Positions 20,532 through 30,075 of a stretch of 64,000 nt of DNA are shown in pieces. Origin of the DNA: Deltaproteobacteria bacterium (GTDB lineage: Bacteria > Myxococcota_A > Polyangia > Fen-1088); NCBI GenBank assembly GCA_033763315.1, contig JANRKS010000021.1, positions 64,001 to 128,000 on the forward strand, read 5' to 3'. Position 1 is the first letter of the stretch, and each line of letters begins with the position of its first letter. The translations under genes were made by a program, and so were the position numbers. The notes beneath the pieces were generated by a model, which made no database searches, was not told the DNA's origin, and saw nothing but the letters and a program-made list of their open reading frames with translations.

Positions 20532-21337
20532 AGATTGTGGGTGTCATTCAGGCTCGCATGGGTTCCTCTCGCTTGCCTGGCAAAGTTCTTATGCCTTTGG
20601 GCGGAGCGCCCATGCTTATGCGCATGTGGGAACGCGTGCGGGCCGCGCATGCCCTCGACGACGTCGTCATCGCCACAACCACTGACGACGCCGACAACGT
20701 CATACGCCAGTTGTGCCAGCAGAACGATGTGCCTTTCGTGGCGGGGCACCCCTTGGATCTTCTTGATCGCCACATGCAGGTTGCGCGGGTGCACAAGGCA
20801 GACGCCATCGTAAAGATTCCCTCGGATTGCCCCCTCATCGATCCGCGCATTATCGACAAGGTGGTCACTTTCTACGGCGACCACGCTGGCGCTTATGACT
20901 TCGTATCGAACCTTCACCCTGCCACTTATCCCGATGGCAATGATGTTGAGGTGGTTCCGGTTCATATCCTGGAACAAGCCCACGCGGAAGCCACAAGGCC
21001 ACACGAGCGTGAACACACGACGCCCTTTATCTGGGACCAACCCGAGCGTTTCAGGATCGGCAACGTGGTTTGGGAGACCGGCCTCGATTACTCCATGAGC
21101 CATCGCATGACCGTGGATTACGCCGAGGACTATGAACTTGTGCGCGCCGTGTTCGAAGCCCTGCACAGAGAGGGCGAGGCGCCGTTCTCGCTGGGCGACA
21201 TCCTGCAGTTCCTCTCGAAGAACCCTTCGGTATTTCAGCTCAACTCTCACTTTGCCGGCGTGAACTGGTATCGGAACCACCTGCCGCACCTGCGCACCGT
21301 CACGCGACGGCAAACCGTGGTGTTCGAAGACGATTAG
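20528..21337 (+). CDS. SpsF-like cytidylyltransferase (CMP-nonulosonate synthetase family)
   Basis: IQARMGSSRLPGKVL, DCPLIDP, YPDG.DVEV, REHTTP, RMTVDY.ED. Confidence 0.88.
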   Translation: MKIVGVIQARMGSSRLPGKVLMPLGGAPMLMRMWERVRAAHALDDVVIATTTDDADNVIRQLCQQNDVPFVAGHPLDLLDRHMQVARVHKADAIVKIPSDCPLIDPRIIDKVVTFYGDHAGAYDFVSNLHPATYPDGNDVEVVPVHILEQAHAEATRPHEREHTTPFIWDQPERFRIGNVVWETGLDYSMSHRMTVDYAEDYELVRAVFEALHREGEAPFSLGDILQFLSKNPSVFQLNSHFAGVNWYRNHLPHLRTVTRRQTVVFEDD

Positions 21338-21343
21338 GAGACT

Positions 21344-22192
21344 ATGGAACGCGACCACATTGATTTGGCAGCAACCGCACTTCGGGTGCGCGAGCACATT
21401 GTACGCATGTCTGGCGGCGGTGGGTGCTTCATTGGCGCCTCGCTGTCGTGTGCGGACTTACTGGTGCATCTATATTGCCGCGTGCTGAGGCAGGCAAGCG
21501 TCGATGACCCCGGGCGCGATTATCTGTTGCTATCCAAGGGGCACGACGTGCCGGCCCTGTATGGCACCTTCGCTGAGCTGGGCATAATTCCCAAGGAGCG
21601 CCTGCAGAACCACTTGAGCGTCGACGACAACCTCTACTGGCATCCAAACCGTGCCATACCGGGCGTTGAGTTTCACTCTGGCTCGCTTGGCCACTTGCTG
21701 TCCGTGGGCATTGGCGTAGCCATGGATTTCAAGCTTCGCGGCTCGGAGCAACGTGTGTTCGTGTTGCTTGGCGACGGAGAATTGAACGAAGGCTCCATTT
21801 GGGAAGCGCTGCTGGTGGCGCAGGCGCACAAGCTGGACAACCTAATCGCCATCGTGGATCGGAACCAGTTCCAGGCAAACATCGCGACTGAGGATCTGAT
21901 TCCACTTGAGCCGCTGGGCGCCAAGCTGCGTGCCTTCGGCTGCGACGTCATCGAAGCCGATGGCCACAACTTCTCTGCCTTGGACGAAGCTTTTGCCACG
22001 CTCAAGAAGCACAGTGCGCGCCCCGCCGTTGTGGTCGCTCACACGGTTCGCGGCAAGGGCTTGCCAAGCATTGAGCGGCGCGCCGATCGCTGGTTCGTGC
22101 GCTTTTCAGCAAATGAAGTCGAACAACTTCTTAACGAGCTGCATGGCCTGCACAACGCTGCGCTCACAGCAGAACCTTTGATGGTGCGATGA
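21344..22192 (+). CDS. transketolase, N-terminal (TPP-binding) subunit
   Basis: LSKGH, SGSLGH, GDGELNEGSIWEA..N, T.RGKG. Confidence 0.9.
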   Translation: MERDHIDLAATALRVREHIVRMSGGGGCFIGASLSCADLLVHLYCRVLRQASVDDPGRDYLLLSKGHDVPALYGTFAELGIIPKERLQNHLSVDDNLYWHPNRAIPGVEFHSGSLGHLLSVGIGVAMDFKLRGSEQRVFVLLGDGELNEGSIWEALLVAQAHKLDNLIAIVDRNQFQANIATEDLIPLEPLGAKLRAFGCDVIEADGHNFSALDEAFATLKKHSARPAVVVAHTVRGKGLPSIERRADRWFVRFSANEVEQLLNELHGLHNAALTAEPLMVR

Positions 22193-23157
22193 TGTCGAAT
22201 CTAACAACCCAGTCGTACGAAGATGTGCTCGGGCAAATCGCAGAAGCGGACGAGCGCGTGGTGGTGATGACCGCCGAGAACCGCGCGGCGATTCGGAATC
22301 TGCCCCAACGTTTGGGTGGCCGGTTCATCGACGTTGGCATCTGCGAACAAACGATGTTGGGTGCTGCTGCTGGCCTCGCCTTGCGTGGGCGTGTGCCAGT
22401 GGTGCACGCCTTGGCCGCCTTCTTAACGATGCGTGCGTTCGAGTTTATCCGCACGGACGTGGGCATCGCACACTTACCCGTCAAGATGGTCGGCGGCGTT
22501 CCCGGCGTTCTGTCGGAAGCGAATGGCCCCACCCATCAAGCGATCGAAGACGTGTCGCTCATGAGGGGCATTCCAGGCGTGCAGGTGGTTTGCCCCGCGG
22601 ATGCGCAAGAGCTGGCCGCCGCATTGCCGTCAATCATGGCCAGCCCCAACCCTTGCTATATCCGGCATAACAACCTTCCTGCGCGGGTGCCTCACCAGCC
22701 TTATGAGTTGGGGCACGCCGAACGGCTGACGGAGGGAAGCGACGCCGCCATCTTAACGTATGGAGCCTTGGTGGGCGAAGCGTTTGAGGCGGCGGCGCTG
22801 TTGCGTGTCCGAGGCATCAACGTGCGCGTGGTGAACCTGCGCTCACTTGTGCCACTTGACACAGCCGAGGTGGACGCGGCGGCGCGTGACTGCGCCATGC
22901 TCATCACTGTCGAAGACCACTTTCTCACAGGTGGCCTGTTTACGATCCTCGCAGAGCACTTCATTAAGCGAGGCCAATGCCCGCGCCTCACACCCATCGC
23001 CTTCGTCGAACGCTGGTTTCGACCCGCCCTGCTTCGCGACGTGCTCGAGTTCGAGCGCATGGACGCCACTGGGCTGGCCAACAGAGTCGCAAGTGCCCTT
23101 TCTGCAGTCGCTCCAGGGCGTCTCGTCAATCCAGGAGTCATCAATGCGCACGCTTAG
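22189..23157 (+). CDS. transketolase, C-terminal subunit
   Basis: DVGICEQ, GPTHQAIED, TVEDH..GG. Confidence 0.9.
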   Translation: MMSNLTTQSYEDVLGQIAEADERVVVMTAENRAAIRNLPQRLGGRFIDVGICEQTMLGAAAGLALRGRVPVVHALAAFLTMRAFEFIRTDVGIAHLPVKMVGGVPGVLSEANGPTHQAIEDVSLMRGIPGVQVVCPADAQELAAALPSIMASPNPCYIRHNNLPARVPHQPYELGHAERLTEGSDAAILTYGALVGEAFEAAALLRVRGINVRVVNLRSLVPLDTAEVDAAARDCAMLITVEDHFLTGGLFTILAEHFIKRGQCPRLTPIAFVERWFRPALLRDVLEFERMDATGLANRVASALSAVAPGRLVNPGVINAHA

Positions 23158-24520
23158 TGAAGAGTCTCGCTTACCCGACATCACGCGTTCCAATGAGCTT
23201 TGGGCGCGCGCACAACGGCTCATCCCTGCGGGAACCCAGACGTTGGCGAAGGGTCCCACCCAACACGTGAACGGCGTGGCCCCGAAGTATCTTGCCAAGG
23301 GGAGCGGCGCCACCGTGTGGGACGTCGACGGCAACCAATTCACGGATTTCACGATGGGCGTGGGGCCACTGATCCTGGGCTACACCCACCCGGAGGTGGA
23401 TGAAGCGATCAAACATCAGCTGGCGGACGGGATCACGTTCTCGCTCATGCACCCACTGGAAGTGGAGGTGGCCGAGCAGATCAAACGCTTGGTGCCGGGA
23501 GCCGAGAGCGTCCGCTTCTCAAAGACAGGATGCGATGTCACCACAGCGGCCGTTCGGCTGGCGCGTGCGTTTACAGGGCGCACCAAAGTCCTGTGCTGCG
23601 GCTACCACGGTTGGCACGATTGGTACATCGCCACCACCGATCGGTCGGCGGGCATCCCCGACGCCACAGCAGAGCTGACATACACGTTCGCCTACAACGA
23701 CCTCGCGTCGGTTGAGCGTTCGTTAGATGCCGACACGGCTTGCGTGATTTTGGAGCCCACCGTTTTCGAGGCGCCGGCGGCTGGATTTCTGCAAGGACTC
23801 GCGGACCTTTGCCACGAGCGCGGCGCCTTATTGATCTTCGATGAGATGTGGACAGGTTTTCGCCTGGCCCTAGGTGGCGCACAAGAGCGCTTCGGTGTCA
23901 CGGCTGACCTTGCGTGCTTCTCAAAGGCGGTCGCCAACGGTATGCCGCTGAGTGTTCTGACCGGACGAGCCGATGTTATGCAGCTGCTTGAGAAGGACGT
24001 GTTCTTCTTCACAACGTTCGGCGGCGAAGCTCTCTCATTGGCCGCAGCCCATGCCACGTTGCAGGTGCTGGAGCGGGATCGTGTGCCGCAACAACTCGAA
24101 AGCCTGGGTCTGCAGCTAAGTGAAAGGTTCGCGGGCGTCGCGCGGGAAATGGAAACACTCTTCGTGCGTTGCGTGGGATACGGCGCCCGCACCATGCTGA
24201 CCTTTGCGTCTGAAGGTGTTGCCGCCGGCGCGTCCCCCCTGCTGCAAAAGTCCTTCGTGCAGCAGGAGCTCATCCGTCAGGGCATCTTGTGGACTGGGTT
24301 TCACAACCTCTGCGCGGCGCACACACAAGAGGACGTTGAGCACCTTTTGGCGGCGTACCGTATCGCGCTTTATCGCCTTCGCAGCGCAATCGTGGCCAAC
24401 ACGCTCAGCTCGTCGCTGCTCGGCGCCCCGCTTGAGCCGGTTTTTCGGCGCACAAGCGGCTTTCATACCAAACCCAAACCCGCGTCGCCCCCGATGCCGG
24501 CGCCCAAGGAGACACGTTGA
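23144..24520 (+). CDS. class III PLP aminotransferase (GSA-aminomutase-like)
   Basis: WDVDGN, GYHGWHDW, LIFDEMWTGFR, FSKAVANG; ATG 23144 with AGGAG RBS. Confidence 0.9.
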   Translation: MRTLSEESRLPDITRSNELWARAQRLIPAGTQTLAKGPTQHVNGVAPKYLAKGSGATVWDVDGNQFTDFTMGVGPLILGYTHPEVDEAIKHQLADGITFSLMHPLEVEVAEQIKRLVPGAESVRFSKTGCDVTTAAVRLARAFTGRTKVLCCGYHGWHDWYIATTDRSAGIPDATAELTYTFAYNDLASVERSLDADTACVILEPTVFEAPAAGFLQGLADLCHERGALLIFDEMWTGFRLALGGAQERFGVTADLACFSKAVANGMPLSVLTGRADVMQLLEKDVFFFTTFGGEALSLAAAHATLQVLERDRVPQQLESLGLQLSERFAGVAREMETLFVRCVGYGARTMLTFASEGVAAGASPLLQKSFVQQELIRQGILWTGFHNLCAAHTQEDVEHLLAAYRIALYRLRSAIVANTLSSSLLGAPLEPVFRRTSGFHTKPKPASPPMPAPKETR

Positions 24521-25359
24521 CTATGGCAAAGGAAGTCTATGCGGGATCGGATCGATTCGCGCTTGAGGGACGCGTGGCGATCGTCACGGGCGCGTGCGGT
24601 CTTTTGGGTGAGCAGTTCTGCCAGGCCCTGCTTGAAGCCGGTGCACACGTCGTGGTGGCTGATATTGACGGCGATCGCGCTCAGGAGGCAGCCCGCGGTC
24701 TGGTGAAGCAAGGGATGGGCGCAGCGATCGGGGTGCAACTCGATGTTACGCGCAAAGACTCTCTGGAAGCCGTAAAAGACACATGCTTGCGAGAGTTTGA
24801 TCGCATCGATGTGCTTGTGAACAGCGCGGCCATCAACGATCGGTTTGACGAAGGTCAAGCGGCCGAGCAATCGCGCTTCGAGTCGTATTCGTTGCAGGCC
24901 TGGCAGCAGCAGATTGAGGTCAACCTCACGGGCTCATTCCTGTCGTGCCAGGTGTTCGGCGCGGCCATGGCGGCGCAAGGCCGCGGCAGCATCATCAACA
25001 TTGGTTCCACGTATGGACTGGTCGCGCCCGTGCAGGAGATTTACCGCCGGCCTGACGGCTCGCAGCTGTTCTTCAAGTCGGCGGGTTATGCGGCCAGCAA
25101 GGGCGGCGTGGTGATGCTGACCCGCTTTGTTGCCACATATTGGGCTCATCGAGGCGTGCGAGCCAACGTGTTGTGCCCGGGCGGCGTCGCACAAAACCAA
25201 GACGCACATTTTGTTGAACAGTATTCGTCACGTACGCCTATGGGACGCATGGCAGAGCCCCGTGAAATCGCGGGGGCTGCCGTATTTTTGGCGAGCGACG
25301 CTGCCTCATACGTCACGGGCGCAGTGTTCTCCGTGGATGGCGGATGGACCGCATGGTGA
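24517..25359 (+). CDS. SDR-family oxidoreductase
   Basis: TGACGLLG, NSAA, YAASK, VTG...VDGGW. Confidence 0.9.
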   Translation: MTMAKEVYAGSDRFALEGRVAIVTGACGLLGEQFCQALLEAGAHVVVADIDGDRAQEAARGLVKQGMGAAIGVQLDVTRKDSLEAVKDTCLREFDRIDVLVNSAAINDRFDEGQAAEQSRFESYSLQAWQQQIEVNLTGSFLSCQVFGAAMAAQGRGSIINIGSTYGLVAPVQEIYRRPDGSQLFFKSAGYAASKGGVVMLTRFVATYWAHRGVRANVLCPGGVAQNQDAHFVEQYSSRTPMGRMAEPREIAGAAVFLASDAASYVTGAVFSVDGGWTAW

Positions 25360-25883
25360 ATACGGCTATACCTCTCGATGAACTGCGTCGACGCGCGCGC
25401 ACCATCGCAGTTGTGTTTACGGATTGCGACGGCGTGTTGACCGATGGCAGCGTTTACTACGACCGGCAAGGTGAGAGCATGCTGCGGTTCTCCCGCCGTG
25501 ACGGCATGGGTGTCGAACGGCTGCGCGCGCAAAGCATCGAAGTCGCGATTTTGACGCGCGAGACGTCACCGATTGTTGAACATCGTGCGGCCAAGCTAAG
25601 CACCCGGCTGTTCGCTGGCGTCAAAGACAAGCGCGCTGCGTTTCCGGCCCTTTTGCGTGAGATGTATGCGCAGGTCGAAGCCTGCGCGTTCATAGGGGAC
25701 GACGTCAATGACCTGGACTTGCTTCGTTACGTAACGTCGATGGGCGGCCTAAGCGGTGCACCCGCAGACGCGCGACCCGAGGTTCGAGACGCCGTTCTGT
25801 TTGTGACCGAAGCGCCTGGAGGCGAAGGCGCGTTCCGAGAATTTGCTGAGTGGATACTTCAACTGCGAGGAGCAACATCATGA
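25353..25883 (+). CDS. KdsC-like HAD phosphatase (KDO-8-P/KDN-9-P phosphatase family)
   Basis: DCDGVLTDG, RDGMG, FIGDDVND, GGEGAFRE. Confidence 0.88.
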   Translation: MVNTAIPLDELRRRARTIAVVFTDCDGVLTDGSVYYDRQGESMLRFSRRDGMGVERLRAQSIEVAILTRETSPIVEHRAAKLSTRLFAGVKDKRAAFPALLREMYAQVEACAFIGDDVNDLDLLRYVTSMGGLSGAPADARPEVRDAVLFVTEAPGGEGAFREFAEWILQLRGATS

Positions 25884-26782
25884 GCGCAACGAACATCAAA
25901 GTGGCTGACCGGATGATTGGCGAAGGTATGCCCGTGTTTGTGATTGCCGAAATCGGCATCAATCACAACGGCGACATGGCGCTCGCAAAGCGTTTGATCG
26001 ACGGAGCGGTTTTGGCAGGCGCGGACGCTGTCAAGTTTCAAAAGCGCACGCCTGAGCTGTGTGTTCCCAAGGACCAATGGTTGCAAGAGCGCGACACGCC
26101 TTGGGGCCGCATGACATACATCGATTACCGCCGGCGCATTGAATTCGGCCAAGCGGAGTACGAACAAATCGACAAGCACTGCAAGGAACGCGGCATCTTG
26201 TGGTTCGCCTCGTGTTGGGATGAACCCTCTGTGGATTTCATCGATGCCTTTTCGCCCCCTTGCTATAAGGCCGCTTCGGCCTCTCTGACCGATCACCCGC
26301 TACTGGCTCGCATGAAGGCCACGGGTCGGCCGTTGATGATCTCCACGGGCATGTCAACCTTGGCAGAGATCGACGCAGCCGTGGGCGTGCTTGGCTTCGA
26401 CAATCTGATGATTGCGCATTCGACATCAGCCTATCCCTGCCCCGTCGATTCGCTCAACCTGCGCATGATTCACACCCTGCGGGCGCGCTATCCTGAGGCC
26501 TTGATCGGATACTCGGGCCACGAAACGGGGCTGGCCACCACGTGGGCTGCGGTTTCCATGGGAGCCACATTCGTCGAACGCCACATCACGCTTGACCGCG
26601 CCATGTGGGGAACGGATCAGGCGGCGTCGGTCGAAATCGGCGGGCTTATGCGCCTGGTTTCCAACATTCGCGACATTGAACGCTCTTTGGGCGATGGGGT
26701 CAAGCGTGTCTACGAGCCAGAGCTCGCGATGCGCCAGAAACTGCGGCGTGTGCAAAGCGTGGTCGAAGCGAGCGCCAACTGA
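25880..26782 (+). CDS. neuB: NeuB-family nonulosonate synthase, short form without C-terminal SAF domain
   Basis: IAEIGINHNG, AVKFQKR, ISTGMS, HSTSAYP, GYSGHE, ERHITLDR; ATG 25880 with GAGGAG RBS. Confidence 0.9.
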   Translation: MSATNIKVADRMIGEGMPVFVIAEIGINHNGDMALAKRLIDGAVLAGADAVKFQKRTPELCVPKDQWLQERDTPWGRMTYIDYRRRIEFGQAEYEQIDKHCKERGILWFASCWDEPSVDFIDAFSPPCYKAASASLTDHPLLARMKATGRPLMISTGMSTLAEIDAAVGVLGFDNLMIAHSTSAYPCPVDSLNLRMIHTLRARYPEALIGYSGHETGLATTWAAVSMGATFVERHITLDRAMWGTDQAASVEIGGLMRLVSNIRDIERSLGDGVKRVYEPELAMRQKLRRVQSVVEASAN

Positions 26783-26784
26783 TC

Positions 26785-27591
26785 GTGAACGCCCAGCTGC
26801 TGTCCACGGCCGTCATCGTCGGCTCTGCTCTTGTGTTTATCTTGCTTGAACGCTGGCGTCCCTATGATGAACGCCAGCGCTTCTTGCGCGATGAGTTCTG
26901 GAGCGACTTACTGCTTTATACCTTGGCGCAAAGCTATGTGTTGGGGTTCGCGATCCCTTGGATCAGCTCGGCATTGGACAAAGCCCTTGGCGTTTCGAGC
27001 TGGGGCTTGCTCGCAGGGTGGCCGGTTGCAGCACAGTTCGCGCTGTTTTTCGTGACCCACGATCTCTACATCTATCTGTTTCACCGGGCACAACACCGCT
27101 GGAAGTGGCTATGGCGCTTGCATGAGGCACATCACAGCACCAAAGATGTAGATTGGCTCTCGGGATCCCGTTCACACGCACTTGAGATCTTGATCAATCA
27201 AACCATCGAGTTCGCGCCGCTTGTGTTGTTGCGCGCGCACCCGTCGGTCGCCCTCTTGAAGCTGACCGTGGATGCGGTGTGGGGCATGTACATCCACACC
27301 AACATCGACGTTCGTTCGGGTTGGTTGCAGTACGTCATCAATGGTCCCCAGATGCACCGTTGGCACCACGCCAAAGAAGTGACCGATGGACACCTCAACT
27401 ACAGCACGAAGCTTGCGGTGTGGGATTGGCTATTTGGGACAGCATACTTGCCTCACAGACACAAACCACAAGCCTACGGGATGTTTGGCTATGATGTTCC
27501 GCGAGGGTTTTGGGCGCAGTTCTGGTTTGCCTTTCGATCGCCGCAGCCACCCGAAACTCAGGTAAGCTCGGCAAAGAGCCTTTCGTACTGA
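26785..27591 (+). CDS. sterol desaturase / fatty acid hydroxylase family protein
   Basis: His boxes HRAQH, HEAHHS, HRWHH; WDWLFGT. Confidence 0.9.
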   Translation: MNAQLLSTAVIVGSALVFILLERWRPYDERQRFLRDEFWSDLLLYTLAQSYVLGFAIPWISSALDKALGVSSWGLLAGWPVAAQFALFFVTHDLYIYLFHRAQHRWKWLWRLHEAHHSTKDVDWLSGSRSHALEILINQTIEFAPLVLLRAHPSVALLKLTVDAVWGMYIHTNIDVRSGWLQYVINGPQMHRWHHAKEVTDGHLNYSTKLAVWDWLFGTAYLPHRHKPQAYGMFGYDVPRGFWAQFWFAFRSPQPPETQVSSAKSLSY

Positions 27592-28397
27592 GCAACAGAG
27601 GCCGCCAAAGACAGACGCTGTTGTTGGGCGATGACTCTTGCGCGCGCTTCGTGCCACAGGGGCGAGCCAAAGGATGCATTATAGCGGTCTAAACAACACT
27701 GAACGTCTTGCGGCTGCAGCGATGTCAAGAAATAGGGATAGTCATCCCCCAAAAGCTCAACCGCGCCTGGCTCCTTGCCGCCTATGAACACCGCGTGTGA
27801 CGCTGAACAATTGGCAAGCTTCACAACCGACTTCGTCACATCAAGCCGGCCCGAAAAGTGCGCGTTGTAGGCGCGGAGCCGTTCCCGCCAATCCGCCTTC
27901 TTGAAATCCAAGAGCGCAACGCCGCGCAGCCCACCTTTGCTGCCGATGGAATTAACCGTTTCGCCCACGTAGACAAGTTTTGCCTGCATCACAGGGTGGT
28001 GCGGCAGAATGTGGGGATCGGCGTGGTGGTAGAACACGAATGCCCGCCCCGCAGGGTATTGCGCGAGGTACACATCTCTTGTTGCCTCGCTGCCAAAAAG
28101 AACCGCCGCACAGGCGCCTTCACAGTCGCGCAACAGGCGCGGATCATGGTCCAGGGCATCGAGGATCAAGATGTTTCGCTTCGCATGCAGAGCGTGATGC
28201 CTATGTGGCTGGCTTTTGACGCACACAATGATGCTGTCGCGCACGCCCCGCAACGCCCACAGCGAGGGCCCTGCGACGGCCACACAGTTCCAGCCTCGGC
28301 AGCGCAGGGCTTCCGCCACCTGCATGCCCCTCATCGTGAACGATGGTCTGCGGCGGTGTGACCAAAAGATGACCGGCCTAGACCGCAACGTGGACAC
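27558..28397 (-). CDS. hypothetical protein, possibly a degenerate GT-B glycosyltransferase
   Basis: Open frame coupled to the upstream flippase (GTG 28397 after GGGAG); KLAN...FIG.KEPG..E weakly resembles a GT-B C-terminal motif. Confidence 0.45.
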   Translation of the reverse strand: MSTLRSRPVIFWSHRRRPSFTMRGMQVAEALRCRGWNCVAVAGPSLWALRGVRDSIIVCVKSQPHRHHALHAKRNILILDALDHDPRLLRDCEGACAAVLFGSEATRDVYLAQYPAGRAFVFYHHADPHILPHHPVMQAKLVYVGETVNSIGSKGGLRGVALLDFKKADWRERLRAYNAHFSGRLDVTKSVVKLANCSASHAVFIGGKEPGAVELLGDDYPYFLTSLQPQDVQCCLDRYNASFGSPLWHEARARVIAQQQRLSLAASVAQYERLFAELT

Positions 28398-29877
28398 GTC
28401 GACCCACTCCCAGAAACGGCCACAAGACCAGCAGATACCCAACAATGAAGACCGCAACCGGCAGCCACACCGAATGCGAAAGGCTAGCCGAAACAAAGGC
28501 CGACATGGCAGCGATGCTCACAGGAATCGTGGCAGCCAACAGTGGTCGAGCTGAAAACCGAACATTGAGCAACACGCGCACTTGCGCAAGCTGCAGGATC
28601 TGCTGCACGCACGTGCCTGTGGCCACGGCAATGGCGGCTCCCAAAAGCTGAAGCCGAGGCACCAAAAGCAGGTTCAATGAAACGTTCACGGCTGTGGCTA
28701 TCACCGCGTTGACAAGGTTGAGAGCGGGGCGGCCGCTCATCCCTAACACGTTTCCCGACAGTCCAAACGTGCAGCTGACAACCGCGCTTAACAGCAACAC
28801 AACGAAAAAGGAGGTTTGCCCCGTGGGCGCCTTGGCGACCTCGAGAATGCCATGGCGTAACAGAATGCAAAGGCCAGCCACCGGTGCCGCCAGCCACAAA
28901 CACCAACCACTAACTTTGCCGATGCTTTGGGAGAGCAGGCTCGTTCTTCCCTCGCGAGCCAAGCGCGCCACGAGGCTCGCGTAAACGCCCGCGAACGCCA
29001 CACGGATCGTGAAGATCTGTCGAGCGATCTCGGAACCTACCCGGTAGGCCGTAATTAGTCTGTCAGGCAGTGATGCCATTCCCAAGAGCAACAGGTCGAC
29101 GTCAAACGTGGCTTGATAAAAGGCCATGTTTAAGGACTGGGGCAGAGCGAACCTCAAAACCGCGCGGTGAGGAGCGGCGCCCCAGGCGCTCCGCAACCCA
29201 TGAGGCTTAAAACGCCTACAATAGAGGAAGAGCGCGACCGCCGCGGCCGTCACTTGTGAAATGGTGAAGGCCCAGCAGATGGCGATGGAGGTTGGCGTTG
29301 CTTGGCGCAACAAGGCAAGCGAGGCGAAGAGAACAAGCGGCAGCACAAGGCTCTTGACGATCACGTCGCTTCCCATGCGCATCGAAGATCGCATCACTGC
29401 CGTGGTGATCGAGGCGAGTGACATGAAGGGAAGGCTGGCCGCCACCACCAAGAAGGCCGGTCCCAACCCCGGACGTGAAAACAGCAGACTTCCCAGGGTC
29501 TCGCCGGTCGCCCCAAGGACAATGGCACACAACGTGGAGACGCCTATCGCGTAGGCGGCGGCAGCAAGCACGACGCCATGGATGCGCTCGATGTCCTTTC
29601 TCTTCAGCTCCGTGTCGAAGGGATGGGCGCACAAGAACTGGGCGGCGTCTGAGAAGCCTGCGGAGCACAGAAACGAACAGATACCAACGCTTGCCATCAC
29701 GAGAGCCACGCCTGAGAAACCGGGGCCGTACAGGCGCGACGCGACCAGAGGCAACAACCCGAGCGACAGTCGACCCAACGTTCCGAGAAGATTCACGAAG
29801 GCCCCGCGCTTAAGCAACGTATAGTCAGCGGCGCCAGCCAACGCGCCCCCCACGGACAGGCAAGGGAACTCTTGCAC
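28378..29877 (-). CDS. Wzx/MATE-like oligosaccharide flippase
   Basis: About 12-14 TM segments, LRFALP, NVSLNLLLVPRLQLLGAAIA C-terminal signature. Confidence 0.85.
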   Translation of the reverse strand: MQEFPCLSVGGALAGAADYTLLKRGAFVNLLGTLGRLSLGLLPLVASRLYGPGFSGVALVMASVGICSFLCSAGFSDAAQFLCAHPFDTELKRKDIERIHGVVLAAAAYAIGVSTLCAIVLGATGETLGSLLFSRPGLGPAFLVVAASLPFMSLASITTAVMRSSMRMGSDVIVKSLVLPLVLFASLALLRQATPTSIAICWAFTISQVTAAAVALFLYCRRFKPHGLRSAWGAAPHRAVLRFALPQSLNMAFYQATFDVDLLLLGMASLPDRLITAYRVGSEIARQIFTIRVAFAGVYASLVARLAREGRTSLLSQSIGKVSGWCLWLAAPVAGLCILLRHGILEVAKAPTGQTSFFVVLLLSAVVSCTFGLSGNVLGMSGRPALNLVNAVIATAVNVSLNLLLVPRLQLLGAAIAVATGTCVQQILQLAQVRVLLNVRFSARPLLAATIPVSIAAMSAFVSASLSHSVWLPVAVFIVGYLLVLWPFLGVGRRVHVAV

Positions 29878-30075
29878 GCGTCCTCCGCTGTATCCGAAAA
29901 CCGTTCATTCGCCCGCAGCCTTACCACTCGCGCCGGACATCGCACGAAACGAAACGGCGACAGCGCGCGCCGGCCTTCACCGCGGCCACGTGAATTGAGC
30001 GTAACGTGAGATTTTCGTTCTCGTCGTCAACCCGCTACGACGTTGCCACGGAAGCCCATTACCATCGAGCCACAG

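Noticed and set aside
23144-24520. hemL (tetrapyrrole synthesis)
   Set aside because: Sugar-operon context and the GYHGWHDW motif fit the polysaccharide-associated class III subgroup.
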